From Loktanella sp. (GTDB lineage: Bacteria > Pseudomonadota > Alphaproteobacteria > Rhodobacterales > Rhodobacteraceae): DNA of 64,000 nt. The DNA lies in assembly GCA_024635625.1 (NCBI GenBank), contig JAGXIQ010000112.1:74121-138120 (forward strand), written 5' to 3'. Below the pieces are notes generated by a model. The model ran no database searches, was not told the DNA's origin, and saw only the letters and a program-made list of their open reading frames with translations. The translations under genes and the position numbers were made by a program. Below, piece by piece: positions 40,279 through 51,164 of the stretch (its first letter is position 1; each line of letters opens with the position of its first letter).

Positions 40279-40333
40279 CTGATGTCTCCTCATCTGTCTT
40301 TATGGCTTGGCATATCAGGCGACTGACCGTTGC

Positions 40334-40822
40334 TCAATGCCGGGTCCAGCCAGAGCTGCCGTGCGTTGGCTTTTGCGTAGAATCCAGCGTTTCGAATTCG
40401 CCGTCAATGACACGATCGTCGGGGTGATGCGGTTTTTGCGGCTGCTGCTGCTGCGATCCCATCTCGAATTGGGTGAACCGAACGCGGGCTTTGATCGCGC
40501 GGAACGCACGGGCGCGTATCGCTGGCACCAGCAGCGCAAAGCCGCAGGCATCAGTGAAAAAGCCTGGCGTAAGCAGTAAAGCGCCGGCAAATAGGATCAT
40601 AGCACCGTTCGCCAAAGGCTCTGCTGGATCTTGGAGGGTGGAAAATGACTGCCGCAGGCGTCCCAGCTCTGCTGCACCTTGCGTACGCACCAGCCAACTA
40701 CCAAGAATAGCTGTGGACAGTACGATGAGCAGCGTTGGCCATAGCCCGATCAGCCCGCCAACCTGAATAAACAGGGCGATTTCGATCAGGGGCACGGCAA
40801 TGAAAGCCAAAAGCAGGCGCAT
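40334..40822 (-). CDS. fxsA: FxsA family membrane protein
   Basis: FIAVPLIEIALFIQVG, LLLTPGFFTD, VIDGEF; ATG 40822. Confidence 0.93.
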   Translation of the reverse strand: MRLLLAFIAVPLIEIALFIQVGGLIGLWPTLLIVLSTAILGSWLVRTQGAAELGRLRQSFSTLQDPAEPLANGAMILFAGALLLTPGFFTDACGFALLVPAIRARAFRAIKARVRFTQFEMGSQQQQPQKPHHPDDRVIDGEFETLDSTQKPTHGSSGWTRH

Positions 40823-40930
40823 ATCGGGTCCTTTGGTCACGGGTGTGGGTGCCAAGGTGGACTTGGACACCACTGACACCTACATAGGAAACGATAATGA
40901 CGGTTACCAGCCGCCCGAAATGAGGAACAC

Positions 40931-41593
40931 ATGAACGCACCCATCATCCAGCTGCTTGTCCTTGCAGGAATCGCAATTTTCCTGATCCTGCGGCTGCGGG
41001 GCGTGCTTGGCACCCGCGAAGGCTTTGAAAAGCCGCAAATCCCCGCAGACCAGGTAAAACCAGACCCCCGCCGCCGCGACTTTGAAGTCATCGAAGGTGG
41101 TCCCGATCGGGATATCACCGATCATGCCGCCGATGGCAGCGACACGGCACAGGCGTTGGCCGCAATGAAGCGTGTCGATCCAACTTTTAACGTAACGCAG
41201 TTCCTGACAGGCGCGCGTTCGGCCTACGAGATGATCCTAGTCGCTTTCGAGCATGGTGATCTCGACGAGGTGAAGGATTTTATCTCTCCCGAAGTTTACG
41301 ACGCATTCGAGCAGGTCGTTCATCAGCGAGCCGATCAGGGGCTGACAGTTAAGGCAGTCTTTGTTGGCATCAGTGATCTGGGCCTAAAAGAAGCGACCTT
41401 AGATCCGCAGACGAAAGAAGCGGAAATGACCGTCCGCTTCACAGGAGAGCTGAACTATGTCGTCCGCGACCATGGCGGCGATATCGTCGAAGGCGATCCG
41501 AATGCAATCAAGCGTCAGAAGGACGTGTGGACCTTTGCACGTGTGATGGACAGCAATGATCCAAACTGGCGTCTTGTTGCTACTGGCGAATAA
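40931..41593 (+). CDS. Tim44/TimA family membrane-associated adaptor
   Basis: LRLRGVLGTR.GFE, FLTGARSAYEMI..AF, DVWTFAR, NWRLVAT. Confidence 0.9.
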   Translation: MNAPIIQLLVLAGIAIFLILRLRGVLGTREGFEKPQIPADQVKPDPRRRDFEVIEGGPDRDITDHAADGSDTAQALAAMKRVDPTFNVTQFLTGARSAYEMILVAFEHGDLDEVKDFISPEVYDAFEQVVHQRADQGLTVKAVFVGISDLGLKEATLDPQTKEAEMTVRFTGELNYVVRDHGGDIVEGDPNAIKRQKDVWTFARVMDSNDPNWRLVATGE

Positions 41594-42624
41594 TGATTGG
41601 ACAGCTGACGCGGACGGCCTTCGTGGCCCTTGGATTGACGGGGGCCGCCGTGGCTGAACCGAGTTACACCTTTCTGACATTCGACGACTTAGACGGTTGG
41701 GCCGAGGACGACCACGAGGCTGCGCTTGACGTTTTTACGCAGACCTGCGGTGACATTCCCCGGCCCGAATGGGCCCAGCTTTGTGCTTATGCCAAGGATG
41801 GCCCTGCCGCGCGCGACTTCTTCGAGACATTCTTTCAGCCTGTCCTGATTGAGGACGGGCAACCGATGCTGTTCACCGGCTATTACGAGCCTGAAATCGC
41901 GGGCAGTTTGGTGCCGGACGAGACCTATCGATTTCCGATCTATCGCCTGCCCGACGATGACACCGAAGGCGTTTTTAGCCGCCGCGAGATTGAAGAAGAC
42001 CTGCCATTCGCCAAGCGAGAGATGGAAATCGCCTGGCTTTCCGATCCGGTCGACCTGTTTTTCTTGCAAGTGCAAGGTTCGGGACGCATCAGCCTGCCCG
42101 GCGGTCATGTGATCCGCGTGGGTTATGCGGGCAAAAACGGGCGAGACTATACATCTGTAGGACGGGCACTGGTCGATCGAGGCGTTTTCACACTTGATCA
42201 AGTTTCATCGCCGGTGATCCGCCAATGGGTCAAGGAAAATCCGGAAGAAGGGCAATCACTGCTTTGGCTCAACGATTCATACGTATTTTTTCGGACAATT
42301 GATGAAGTGCCGGCCGAAAAAGGCCCTCTTGGCGCGATGAACCGTTCGATCACGCCGCTCCGCTCTATCGCCGTCGATCCTGCGATCACTTTGCTGGGCG
42401 CACCGGTTTGGATCGAAAAAAACGGCGTGGATCCGATGCGGCGGTTGATGGTGGCACAGGATACCGGGTCGGCCATCAAGGGCGCACAACGTGCCGACGT
42501 TTATTATGGCACTGGCGATGCGGCTGGCGCGGCAGCGGGTGCCGTCAAGGATACCGGTCGCATGATTGTTCTGATGCCAGTCGCATATGCGGTGGCCAAA
42601 GTCAGCGACCCACTGGAATTCTGA
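41593..42624 (+). CDS. mltA: Membrane-bound lytic transglycosylase A
   Basis: FTGYYEP, FFLQVQGSG, GYAGKNG, SYVFF, RSIAVD, MVAQDTGSAIKG..RADVYYG.G. Confidence 0.95.
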   Translation: MIGQLTRTAFVALGLTGAAVAEPSYTFLTFDDLDGWAEDDHEAALDVFTQTCGDIPRPEWAQLCAYAKDGPAARDFFETFFQPVLIEDGQPMLFTGYYEPEIAGSLVPDETYRFPIYRLPDDDTEGVFSRREIEEDLPFAKREMEIAWLSDPVDLFFLQVQGSGRISLPGGHVIRVGYAGKNGRDYTSVGRALVDRGVFTLDQVSSPVIRQWVKENPEEGQSLLWLNDSYVFFRTIDEVPAEKGPLGAMNRSITPLRSIAVDPAITLLGAPVWIEKNGVDPMRRLMVAQDTGSAIKGAQRADVYYGTGDAAGAAAGAVKDTGRMIVLMPVAYAVAKVSDPLEF

Positions 42625-43202
42625 TGCGACGGCCCCGACACCTTTCACCCGATGACAAAGCGGTCTGGGATTTCGTGCGCCAGCAGGTTAAGCCGATGCA
42701 TGCCCAAAAGCGCTCTAAACCCGCGCCAGAGGCAGTGTCCGCGCCAAAGAAGGTAACGCCGCGCCCACCTGTTGCCTCGTTTGACATGGGCATGAAGGCC
42801 GAGGTCACACGACCCAACGACATCCTTCCCCCCTTGCGGGACCGTCTGCGAAGCGCCCCAGTTGCCATGGATGCTAAGAACTTTCTGCGCATGAAGGCAG
42901 GTAAACTGAAGCCTGAAGGCCGCCTTGATTTGCACGGCATGTATCAGGACGAAGCCTATCCAGAGCTGATCGCGTTCATTCTAAACGCTCAGGCGGCAGG
43001 AAAACGGCTGGTTTTAGTCATCACAGGTAAAGGACGGGTCAGTGATGGCTGGGCTCCCGAAGGCCGCGGCGTACTGCGCCGGTACGTACCGCAATGGTTG
43101 CAGCTTCAACCGTTGGCGCCTGCGGTGTTAGAGGTGCGACCTGCCCATCTAAAGCACGGCGGCGACGGGGCATATTACGTTTATCTACGTCGTCGAAAGT
43201 GA
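42624..43202 (+). CDS. Smr/MutS2 C-terminal domain protein
   Basis: EGRLDLHG, LVLVITGKG, GVLRRYVPQWL, HGGDGAYYVYLRR; ATG 42624. Confidence 0.92.
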   Translation: MRRPRHLSPDDKAVWDFVRQQVKPMHAQKRSKPAPEAVSAPKKVTPRPPVASFDMGMKAEVTRPNDILPPLRDRLRSAPVAMDAKNFLRMKAGKLKPEGRLDLHGMYQDEAYPELIAFILNAQAAGKRLVLVITGKGRVSDGWAPEGRGVLRRYVPQWLQLQPLAPAVLEVRPAHLKHGGDGAYYVYLRRRK

Positions 43203-44405
43203 TTTTCTTGCCGAAGTGACGCCCAGTGACGCCGTCAATGCCGCCGCGATAAAAAATACTGCGTATCCCCACATTTGCGCCGAAAAATCAACGCCATAAT
43301 CGATCAGCACCCCGGACAGGCCGGGGCCGATGGCCGATCCGAAGACCATGATGCCAGCAGCAGCAGCCTTGATCGATCCGATGTGGCGGGTGCCAAAGAA
43401 CTCTGCCCAGAACGCTGCGGGCAAGGTCGATTGCATTCCCTGTCCGACGCCCAACACGATCAATGCAACTCCGGCAGCATAAAGACTATTCGCCGCTGCC
43501 ATCAACGCAAAGCCAGCTGCGAAAGGTAACATATAGAATGGCACAATCCGTCCAGTGCCAAACCGGTCCACGGCCCAGCCCGTGGCAAAGGTGGCCGCAA
43601 TGATGACTGCCGTATATATGGGAAACAGTGCGACGAAGCCCGCCAATGGCCAGTCTTTCACTGCAGTCAGGTGCACTTGCTGGAAAAATAGGGCCGTCCC
43701 CCATGCGGGCGGTCCAAGTAGCGCAGGCACCATCAGCCAGAAGAGCGGATGCCGCAGGACCTGCCCCCGCGTCCAATGAAGTCCGTCCATCCCGGCAGCC
43801 TGTTCATCTTTCGCCATGCTTTGCGGAGTACGTTCGTGCCGAAGCAATGCCGTCATCAGTGGCACAGTCAGCAATACGATCCCTGCAGCGACGACCCAAA
43901 GAGCGCGCCAATTCCATGTCATCAGCAATGTGACAAAGATGATTGGTAACACCGCCTGCCCGACCGCAAATCCCATAGATGCAATCGACAGCGCTTTTCC
44001 ACGTGACGCGACGAACCACCGTGCCATCGCGACAACCGCGAGGTGTGAAGACATGCCTTGGCCGAAAAGTCGTAGAAAAAAGATTGCGGCGACTAGTAAT
44101 ACCGCGTTCGGGATGGCTGCCGTGAAAAGACAAGCCGCAGCCAATGCCAACAGCACCAGCGTACCCAAAGCGCGGACCCGGAAGCGGTCGACCAAAGTAC
44201 CCGCCCAAACCATCGTGATGGCAGACGCGGTAGTGCCAAGCGTGTAAATACCGCCCCACTGGCCATCGCTTAGGCCAAAATCTGCCATGATCTGTCCCGC
44301 AAAAAGCGAGATAAAGAACGTCTGCCCGTAGGATGACGTCAGGGTGAGGGTGAAGCCCGCCAGCAGAAATAGCCAGTTGGCGCTAACAAAACGCACAAAA
44401 CTCAT
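43185..44405 (-). CDS. MFS transporter
   Basis: SSYGQTFFISLF, DRFRVR, RLFGQG, VAMARWF, EFFGTRHIGSI. Confidence 0.88.
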   Translation of the reverse strand: MSFVRFVSANWLFLLAGFTLTLTSSYGQTFFISLFAGQIMADFGLSDGQWGGIYTLGTTASAITMVWAGTLVDRFRVRALGTLVLLALAAACLFTAAIPNAVLLVAAIFFLRLFGQGMSSHLAVVAMARWFVASRGKALSIASMGFAVGQAVLPIIFVTLLMTWNWRALWVVAAGIVLLTVPLMTALLRHERTPQSMAKDEQAAGMDGLHWTRGQVLRHPLFWLMVPALLGPPAWGTALFFQQVHLTAVKDWPLAGFVALFPIYTAVIIAATFATGWAVDRFGTGRIVPFYMLPFAAGFALMAAANSLYAAGVALIVLGVGQGMQSTLPAAFWAEFFGTRHIGSIKAAAAGIMVFGSAIGPGLSGVLIDYGVDFSAQMWGYAVFFIAAALTASLGVTSARKSLSTT

Positions 44406-44442
44406 GCGTCTTGTTCGCGCCAGTCGTTAAGAAAGAAAAGCC

Positions 44443-45741
44443 CTAAAGCACGTAGCGCGACAGATCTGTCGACCGTGACATCTCTCCGACATGCTTCTCG
44501 ACAAAAGCCTCGTCGATGACAATTTCTTCTCCACCGCGGTCGGGCGCTGTGAAAGACAAGTCCTCGAAAACCCGTTCGATCACAGTATACAGGCGGCGAG
44601 CGCCAATGTTTTCGACGCTTTCGTTGACCTCTGCTGCGATCTTGGCAAGCGCCGCAATTCCGTCGGTCGAAAAGGTAACGGTAACATCTTCAGTCTTCAT
44701 CAACGCCGAATATTGCAGCGTCAGGGCATTATCAGTTTCGGTCAGGATACGGACAAAATCTTCTTCGGTTAGGGCACGCAACTCTACCCGGATCGGCAGA
44801 CGACCCTGCAATTCGGGCAGCAAGTCAGAGGGTTTAGCCACATGGAACGCGCCAGAAGCTATGAAAAGGATGTGGTCCGTCTTAATCGGGCCGTGTTTTG
44901 TACTGACGGTCGTGCCTTCGATCAACGGCAGCAAATCTCGTTGCACACCTTCTCTGGAAACGTCGGCACCGCGGGCATCCGACTTGGCGCAAACCTTGTC
45001 GATCTCGTCTAGAAACACGATCCCGGATTGCTCAACTGCTTCCAGCGCCGCCTTAGTAACGCTTTCGTCGTCTAGTAGTTTGTCCGCTTCGTCTGCAATC
45101 AAGGCGTCATAGCTGTCAGCGACAGTCATCCGCTTTTTCACGGTGCGTCCGCCCGACATCTTGCCAAACAGGTCGCCGATATTCATCATGGCGGGTTGCT
45201 GTCCGGGAATTTCGAACCCACCCATGGGGTTAGATGTATCCGTCAGTTCTAGTTCGATCACCGTGTCATCAAGTAAGCCGTCCTTCAACTTCTTGCGGAA
45301 CATCTCTCGGGTGCCTTCGCGGGCATCCTTGCCTGCGAGGGCGGTCACAACACGCTCCATGGCGGATTCTATGGCCTTGGCCTTCACGTCTTCGCGCATC
45401 CAATCGCGGGTTTCGACGATGGCGCTTTCCATCAAATCGCGGATGATCTGTTCGACGTCGCGGCCGACATAGCCGACTTCGGTGAATTTGGTCGCCTCGA
45501 CTTTAATAAAGGGTGCCCGGGCAAGTTTTGCCAGACGACGGCTGATCTCGGTCTTGCCGACGCCTGTGGGCCCAATCATTAGGATGTTTTTTGGATACAC
45601 TTCGTCGCGTAGGTCGTCGCCAAGCTGCTTGCGCCGCCAGCGGTTTCGCAGGGCCACAGCAACAGCGCGCTTGGCGTCGTTCTGGCCGATGATGTAGCGG
45701 TCCAGTTCGGACACGATTTCACGAGGGGTGAGGTCGGTCAT
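44443..45741 (-). CDS. hslU: ATP-dependent protease ATPase subunit HslU
   Basis: [48 protein letters not shown]. Confidence 0.99.
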   Translation of the reverse strand: MTDLTPREIVSELDRYIIGQNDAKRAVAVALRNRWRRKQLGDDLRDEVYPKNILMIGPTGVGKTEISRRLAKLARAPFIKVEATKFTEVGYVGRDVEQIIRDLMESAIVETRDWMREDVKAKAIESAMERVVTALAGKDAREGTREMFRKKLKDGLLDDTVIELELTDTSNPMGGFEIPGQQPAMMNIGDLFGKMSGGRTVKKRMTVADSYDALIADEADKLLDDESVTKAALEAVEQSGIVFLDEIDKVCAKSDARGADVSREGVQRDLLPLIEGTTVSTKHGPIKTDHILFIASGAFHVAKPSDLLPELQGRLPIRVELRALTEEDFVRILTETDNALTLQYSALMKTEDVTVTFSTDGIAALAKIAAEVNESVENIGARRLYTVIERVFEDLSFTAPDRGGEEIVIDEAFVEKHVGEMSRSTDLSRYVL

Positions 45742-45786
45742 GGCTGCCTCCGGCAGTTTTTAAGATTATTTGGCAGATGAGAGGGA

Positions 45787-46347
45787 TTAGCGTTTCTGAA
45801 TGGTCTCCACCGTCAGATTGCCGTTGGTGTAGACGCAAATATCGGACGCAATCGCCATAGCGCGGCGGGCAATAGCCTCTGCGTCCATATCGCTGTCCAT
45901 AAGGGCGCGACCGGCGGCAAGGGCATAATTTCCGCCTGATCCTATGGCAGTTACGTCGTGTTCTGGTTCCAGCACATCGCCTGCGCCGGTGATGACAAAT
46001 AGGTCAGTGCCATCACTGACAATCAGCATCGCTTCCAGTTTTTGCAGGTATTTGTCCGTCCGCCAGTCCTTGGCCAGTTCGACGCAGGCGCGCTGCAATT
46101 GACCGGGTGTCGCTTCAAGCTTCTTTTCCAAACGCTCTAGCAGCGCAAAAGCGTCAGCAGTCGACCCGGCAAAACCAGCGACGACGTCGGTGCCTTTGAC
46201 AGCAAGACGGCGGACCTTGCGGGCTGTGCCCTTAATGACGGTTTGCCCAAGGCTGACCTGCCCGTCACCGGCAATGACGACGCGTCCACCCTTGCGAACG
46301 CCAATGATCGTGGTCCCGTGCCAGCCGGGGAAGTCTTCGCGGCTCAT
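45787..46347 (-). CDS. hslV: ATP-dependent protease peptidase subunit HslV
   Basis: [42 protein letters not shown]; ATG 46347. Confidence 0.98.
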   Translation of the reverse strand: MSREDFPGWHGTTIIGVRKGGRVVIAGDGQVSLGQTVIKGTARKVRRLAVKGTDVVAGFAGSTADAFALLERLEKKLEATPGQLQRACVELAKDWRTDKYLQKLEAMLIVSDGTDLFVITGAGDVLEPEHDVTAIGSGGNYALAAGRALMDSDMDAEAIARRAMAIASDICVYTNGNLTVETIQKR

Positions 46348-46375
46348 GGGGGCCTCCTCAATTCCGTTGCCATGG

Positions 46376-46406
46376 ATATATGGACGCCAAGGTCGCGGGG
46401 GACAAG
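46376..46406 (-). promoter_or_regulatory. Candidate RpoH promoter of hslVU
   Basis: Minus strand reads CTTG-N18/19-(T)CCATATAT; imperfect match. Confidence 0.45.
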
Positions 46407-46449
46407 GTCGACCCTTGAATGCGGCGATGCAGCGACATAGCGTTCGGCT

Positions 46450-47370
46450 ATGGATCAGCACACTGACGTGACGTTCTACCTTGACCCCGGTCTGCTACAA
46501 AGCGCCCGAGAAGGACGTCATAACTTCATCGGATTGGTAGCGAAAACAGTCTCTGATTTAGGGTTTAGAGTCTTTTTTACAGAAAATTCTGAACATGCTC
46601 GGCAAGCGTCGATCATCCGACCAGGCTATGCGCTATTTCATATGGATGCCCCGACACATCCGCGTGCGTTGACGATGCGGCGATCATATTTCTATCCGTT
46701 CTGGCAGATCGAAACGTCAGAGCGGCGGTGGGATTGGACGGTTGCGTTGACCGCGTTCAAGCCCCAACAAGTCGATGAGGCCGAAGCGCAGCGGTTCTTT
46801 GGGTTTTGGCGCAAGCGGCTGTTTCCCGACGCTGATCATGTGCATGTGCCGAAGGGGCCGATCTATGTGCCGTTGCAGGGATTAATCCGGCAACATCGGT
46901 CATTCCAATCGTGCAGCCCGGTGGACATGATTTCCCGCACTGCGCAGCGGTTTCCGAAGAATAAGGTGTTCGTCACCCTGCATCCCAACGAGGCATATGC
47001 CGAGGCTGACAAAGGGGCGTTGCAGTCGTTGATGGCGCAGCACGGGAATGTTGATGTCAGCGGTCGCAGTATGGTCGACTGCCTGAACGCCTGCCAAATG
47101 GTTGTAACGCAGAATTCTTCTGTCGCGCTGGCGGGCTTTTTCTTTCGGAAGCCAGCAGTGCTATTCGCGCAGATAGATTTTCATCATATCGCAGGTAATG
47201 TGCCCAAAGATGGTGAAGATCGCGCCTTTGCCGCCTGGCGTAACTCGGGCGGGTTCGAAGCCTATATGTGGTGGTTCCTGCAAGAGATGTCGATCAACGC
47301 GGGAAGACCGCAAGAAGAGGTCACGATGAAGATCGCAACGGTTTTGCGCGGTCACGGTTGGCCGATCTGA
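46450..47370 (+). CDS. Hypothetical protein resembling KpsS/LipB capsule-modification (Kdo-transferase-like) proteins
   Basis: [34 protein letters not shown] echo KpsS-type motifs; no TM segment or signal peptide. Confidence 0.55.
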   Translation: MDQHTDVTFYLDPGLLQSAREGRHNFIGLVAKTVSDLGFRVFFTENSEHARQASIIRPGYALFHMDAPTHPRALTMRRSYFYPFWQIETSERRWDWTVALTAFKPQQVDEAEAQRFFGFWRKRLFPDADHVHVPKGPIYVPLQGLIRQHRSFQSCSPVDMISRTAQRFPKNKVFVTLHPNEAYAEADKGALQSLMAQHGNVDVSGRSMVDCLNACQMVVTQNSSVALAGFFFRKPAVLFAQIDFHHIAGNVPKDGEDRAFAAWRNSGGFEAYMWWFLQEMSINAGRPQEEVTMKIATVLRGHGWPI

Positions 47371-47374
47371 ATGC

Positions 47375-47400
47375 AAAAGGGCGCCCCGTGGGACGCCCTT
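47375..47400 (-). terminator. Terminator of the addBA-trxA operon, probably bidirectional
   Basis: Minus strand: AAGGGCGTCCC-AC-GGGGCGCCCTT-TT. Confidence 0.7.
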
Positions 47401-47425
47401 GTCAAACATAATGGTCTGCGGTTGA

Positions 47426-47746
47426 TCAGATTGCGCCTTCGATCCAACCTTTGATCGATGCCTTAGGGGCAGCGCCCGCCTTGTTCGACACGACTTCACC
47501 GTTCTTGAAGACAAAGAGGGCCGGAATGCCGCGCACGCCCATCTGAGCAGGAGAGTTCGGATTGTCATCAACGTTCACTTTGACGATCTTGACCTTGCCC
47601 TTCAGCTCTTCCGAAATCTCTTCCAGTGCTGGGCCGATTTGCTTGCATGGGCCGCACCATTCGGCCCAGAAATCAACGACGACGGGAATGTCGGACTGGC
47701 GCACTTCGGCGTCAAAGGTAGCATCGGTGACGGAAACGGTAGCCAT
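47426..47746 (-). CDS. trxA: Thioredoxin
   Basis: [20 protein letters not shown]; ATG 47746. Confidence 0.99.
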   Translation of the reverse strand: MATVSVTDATFDAEVRQSDIPVVVDFWAEWCGPCKQIGPALEEISEELKGKVKIVKVNVDDNPNSPAQMGVRGIPALFVFKNGEVVSNKAGAAPKASIKGWIEGAI

Positions 47747-47780
47747 GGGGCTCTCCAATCGGAATGTGTATCAGGGGCAG

Positions 47781-47809
47781 AACCTATGAACGCGGCACCG
47801 GAACGTCAA
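47781..47809 (-). promoter_or_regulatory. Candidate sigma70 promoter for trxA inside the addA 3' end
   Basis: Minus strand TTGACG-N17-TAGGTT. Confidence 0.5.
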
Positions 47810-50800
47810 GCGCTGCCCGAGCCAGCGCAGCGCTGGTTAAATTGTCCGGCAGTTCCATAAGCACGGCCGTGCGCGTCCAAAGGATCGCCGTCGTGATCCG
47901 GCGGTCGGGATAGATCTGCGAGAGGGCGGCAGCATATGCCCCCATCTGCCGTAGCAACCCGTCTGGCAACGCGTCTGCACTGTCTGGGGTATTGCGGTTC
48001 GTCTTGAAATCGACCGCCGTCACTGTTTCGGGTGTGACAATCAGGCGGTCAATATTGCCATGCATCCGGCCAAGACCGGGCAGTTCGGCGGTAATTGTGA
48101 CCTCTGCCAGCGTATCTGGCGCATAAATCGACGTCAGATGAGCTGCATCTATCAGGGCCAAGGCGTCATCTATCAGATCGTCAGTTGGGACGGTATCGGC
48201 TTCAGGATAGGCAGAGATAAGGCGGGCACCGACGGCGCGGCGGTCGGACGCGGGCAGGGCGGGCATGTGTTCCAATAATAGGTGAATCAGGCTACCGCGC
48301 AGCAGGCTGGCCGCGTCGCCATCGTCAAATTCACCCGCCAAAGTCTTGTCGCCACCAAGGTTTGACGGGGATATTGTTTCACCGCGCGTCACCGGAGGCA
48401 GGGGAGGCAATACCTCTGCATTTCGCCTTTCAGTGGTCCGCGCCGTACGCGGCAATAGAGTGCCTGCGCCCCAATTTCCATGTTCTACGCGCTGCACTGT
48501 AAGGTCGCCTGCCGTGGCGTCGAAAGCCCCCGCGTGTGTCATGCCGTCGCCGACGATATCATGCCACGCGGTGCCGGACTTTCCAGTTTCGCCAGCAGCG
48601 CCGACAATTAGCCAATTTTCGGCACGCGTCATTGCCACGTATAGCAGGCGCAGTCGTTCGCGGAATTGAGCGTCCGCAATCGCGTCGTGAATGGCAGTCA
48701 TGGCTGCCGGCATCTCTGCTTTCACCGTTTTCCACAGGGGTACGTCACCGGGCAGAACCTGTGATTTCACAAGGTTGGGACGTTCAGCGGTATCAGGCAA
48801 AATGACAATCGGGGCCTCAAGCCCCTTAGCACCATGCACCGTCATAACGCGGATTTGATCGCCTTGGGCGTCGATCTGCCGTTTCACGGTCAGATCGTCG
48901 GTATCCATCCAAGTCAGAAAACCGGTCAGACTGGGCGTATTATCGGATTCGTAGGAAAGAGCCTGCGCCAGTAAGGCGTCAATACCATCTTCTGCCTCTG
49001 GGCCCAGACGCGCCAGCAGCGCTTGTCGTCCGCCGTGGCGTACCAGAAGGCGCGCAATCAGGTCGTAAGGTCGCAGAAAATCTGCGTTGTTCAGCATATC
49101 ATACAGAACGTCTGTGGTTGCGTTCTGCCTCTTGGATTTACGCAACGCTTCCCAAAGATACCCCTTTTCGGGGCGATGATGCGCTAAGGTGAAAAGCTGC
49201 TGCTCGGTCCAGCCAAACAGGGGCGACCGCAGGGCGGCAGCCAGCGACAGGTCATCCTCTGGCAGGGCAAGAAAGCGAAGCAGGGCGGCGATATCCTTGA
49301 CTGCAAGTTCTCCACCGACACGCAGGACGTCCGCCCCGGCGATGGGCAGCCCTGCTTGCTTGCAGGCGCGAATCAATTCGAGGAACAGCAAGTTCTGGCG
49401 GCTTTGCACGAGGATAAGCACGTCGCCCGCCCGCACAGGCCGTCGGTTGTAAGTGTCGCCCGCCTTTACGGGCAGCGTCTCGTGGTCGATCATCCGCCTT
49501 ATCTGCCCAGCCACTCTGTCGGCCATCTGCACCAGGTGGTGATCGGCGCTCACCTCGTCCACCGGCTTTAGCCAATTGTCGTCCGGGTCGTCCTGGGTCT
49601 TGTCCGGGCTGATGACTGGCCATAGATCCACGCGCCCGGGCATGTCGACGTTAAAGGCGATATGCTGCGACGCGTCGCCTAATCCCTCGGCTCGTTCGCG
49701 GACAAAAGTTTCGTCAACGACCCGTAGCACGGCAGTGGACGAACGGAACGAATGCGCCAGCGTCCTAGTCTGAAGTGGGTCTTCAATCTGCAGCAAGGCA
49801 TTGTCAAAATAGTCGCGCATCCGGTCAAACTCTGCCGGGTCCGCGCCTTGGAAGGAATATATTGACTGTTTTTTGTCGCCGACGACAAAAACGGTGCGGC
49901 GCGCATCCCTTGCACCGTCACCACTGACAAATTCTCGCGTCAGGTGCTGAACAACGGCCCACTGGCTAGGAGAGGTGTCTTGCGCTTCGTCCACCAGCAG
50001 ATGGTCTATACCTCCGTCAAGGCGGAACAGAACCCAGGCGGCAACTGCCTTATCTGTCAGTAGCTGCCGCGCCTTGCCGATCAGGTCGTCGAAATCCAGA
50101 ACGCCCTTCGCGGTTTTCTTGGCGTCGTAAGCCTGCACAAAAGCGTGGGCAAAGCGGTGTAAGGCGACGCTTCGCTCGAATGCCATCAGGGACTGACGAT
50201 CCTCGCGCAGGGCGGCGACGGCTTCCATCAGGCCGTTCAGCGCGTCGGTCAGGTCTGGGTTAGCGGCCTGCACGCTCTTTGTCGGAAACGTGCCGACCTT
50301 GGGGCCAAAAGGCGATTTTGCGGTCTCGCCAAACAGAAAGACGCCTTCAAGTTTTATTAGATCACCAACCGTGGGGTTGCCAAGGTTCACGCTTTCCAGC
50401 TTGTCGGCGGCGGCATTGTCCATCTTGCCACCTGTGCGGCAGGCCTTGATCAGGTCACCGACGATCTCGGCCGTGTCAGCGCTAAAGACGTCTGCCACTA
50501 GCGTCGACATCGCCTGTCCCGGCGCGATGTCGAGGGTATCGCGCAGCGCGTTTTCGTCCACGGGTCGGGCAAAGTCATTGGCGCGGCCCGTAATCTCGCG
50601 GACCAGTTTGTCTAATTCACCACCGCCGAAAAAGCGCAGGACGTTGACGAGCAAGTTGGCCTGTGGGCCGGACGCGATTTGATCAAGCACCTCGCTGCGC
50701 ATCAGCACGGCGGTACGGTCCTCAATTTCGCGAAAATTAGGGCTGACACCGGCCTCGAGGGGGAAGCGGCGCAGAATACTGGCGCAAAACGAGTGGATAG

Positions 50801-51164
50801 TCTGGATTTTTAGTCCGCCCGGCGTTTCGATTGCGCGGGCAAATAGGCGACGCGCAGCAGAGAGTTTCTCTGGCGCGATAACGCCCTCTACTCCCAGCGT
50901 CGCAAGATCGCTGCGCAGGGGTTTGTCGTCCAGCATCGCCCAACCGCCGAGACGCTTGAAAAGGCGATTCTGCATCTCGGCGGCGGCGGCTTTGGTATAG
51001 GTCAGGCACAGGATGTTCTGAGGCGAAACGCCCTCCAGCAAAAGCCTTGCGACCCGGTCGGTTAGCACGCGCGTCTTGCCTGACCCCGCGTTAGCGGACA
51101 GCCACGTGGACCGGGTCGGATCCGCTGCGGTGACCTGATTTTGGGTTGCGTCGTCGCGGATCAT
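47784..51164 (-). CDS. addA: Double-strand break repair helicase/nuclease AddA
   Basis: ANAGSGKT, CLTYTKAAA, LVDEAQDTS, VGDKKQSIYSFQGA, MTVHGAKGLE, LYVAMTRA, GNIDRL..VDFKT. Confidence 0.97.
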   Translation of the reverse strand: MIRDDATQNQVTAADPTRSTWLSANAGSGKTRVLTDRVARLLLEGVSPQNILCLTYTKAAAAEMQNRLFKRLGGWAMLDDKPLRSDLATLGVEGVIAPEKLSAARRLFARAIETPGGLKIQTIHSFCASILRRFPLEAGVSPNFREIEDRTAVLMRSEVLDQIASGPQANLLVNVLRFFGGGELDKLVREITGRANDFARPVDENALRDTLDIAPGQAMSTLVADVFSADTAEIVGDLIKACRTGGKMDNAAADKLESVNLGNPTVGDLIKLEGVFLFGETAKSPFGPKVGTFPTKSVQAANPDLTDALNGLMEAVAALREDRQSLMAFERSVALHRFAHAFVQAYDAKKTAKGVLDFDDLIGKARQLLTDKAVAAWVLFRLDGGIDHLLVDEAQDTSPSQWAVVQHLTREFVSGDGARDARRTVFVVGDKKQSIYSFQGADPAEFDRMRDYFDNALLQIEDPLQTRTLAHSFRSSTAVLRVVDETFVRERAEGLGDASQHIAFNVDMPGRVDLWPVISPDKTQDDPDDNWLKPVDEVSADHHLVQMADRVAGQIRRMIDHETLPVKAGDTYNRRPVRAGDVLILVQSRQNLLFLELIRACKQAGLPIAGADVLRVGGELAVKDIAALLRFLALPEDDLSLAAALRSPLFGWTEQQLFTLAHHRPEKGYLWEALRKSKRQNATTDVLYDMLNNADFLRPYDLIARLLVRHGGRQALLARLGPEAEDGIDALLAQALSYESDNTPSLTGFLTWMDTDDLTVKRQIDAQGDQIRVMTVHGAKGLEAPIVILPDTAERPNLVKSQVLPGDVPLWKTVKAEMPAAMTAIHDAIADAQFRERLRLLYVAMTRAENWLIVGAAGETGKSGTAWHDIVGDGMTHAGAFDATAGDLTVQRVEHGNWGAGTLLPRTARTTERRNAEVLPPLPPVTRGETISPSNLGGDKTLAGEFDDGDAASLLRGSLIHLLLEHMPALPASDRRAVGARLISAYPEADTVPTDDLIDDALALIDAAHLTSIYAPDTLAEVTITAELPGLGRMHGNIDRLIVTPETVTAVDFKTNRNTPDSADALPDGLLRQMGAYAAALSQIYPDRRITTAILWTRTAVLMELPDNLTSAALARAALDVPVPRS

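Noticed and set aside
40862-40885. RpoH-like CTTG...CCTACAT upstream of the Tim44 gene
   Set aside because: Spacer is 13 bp, versus about 17-18 expected
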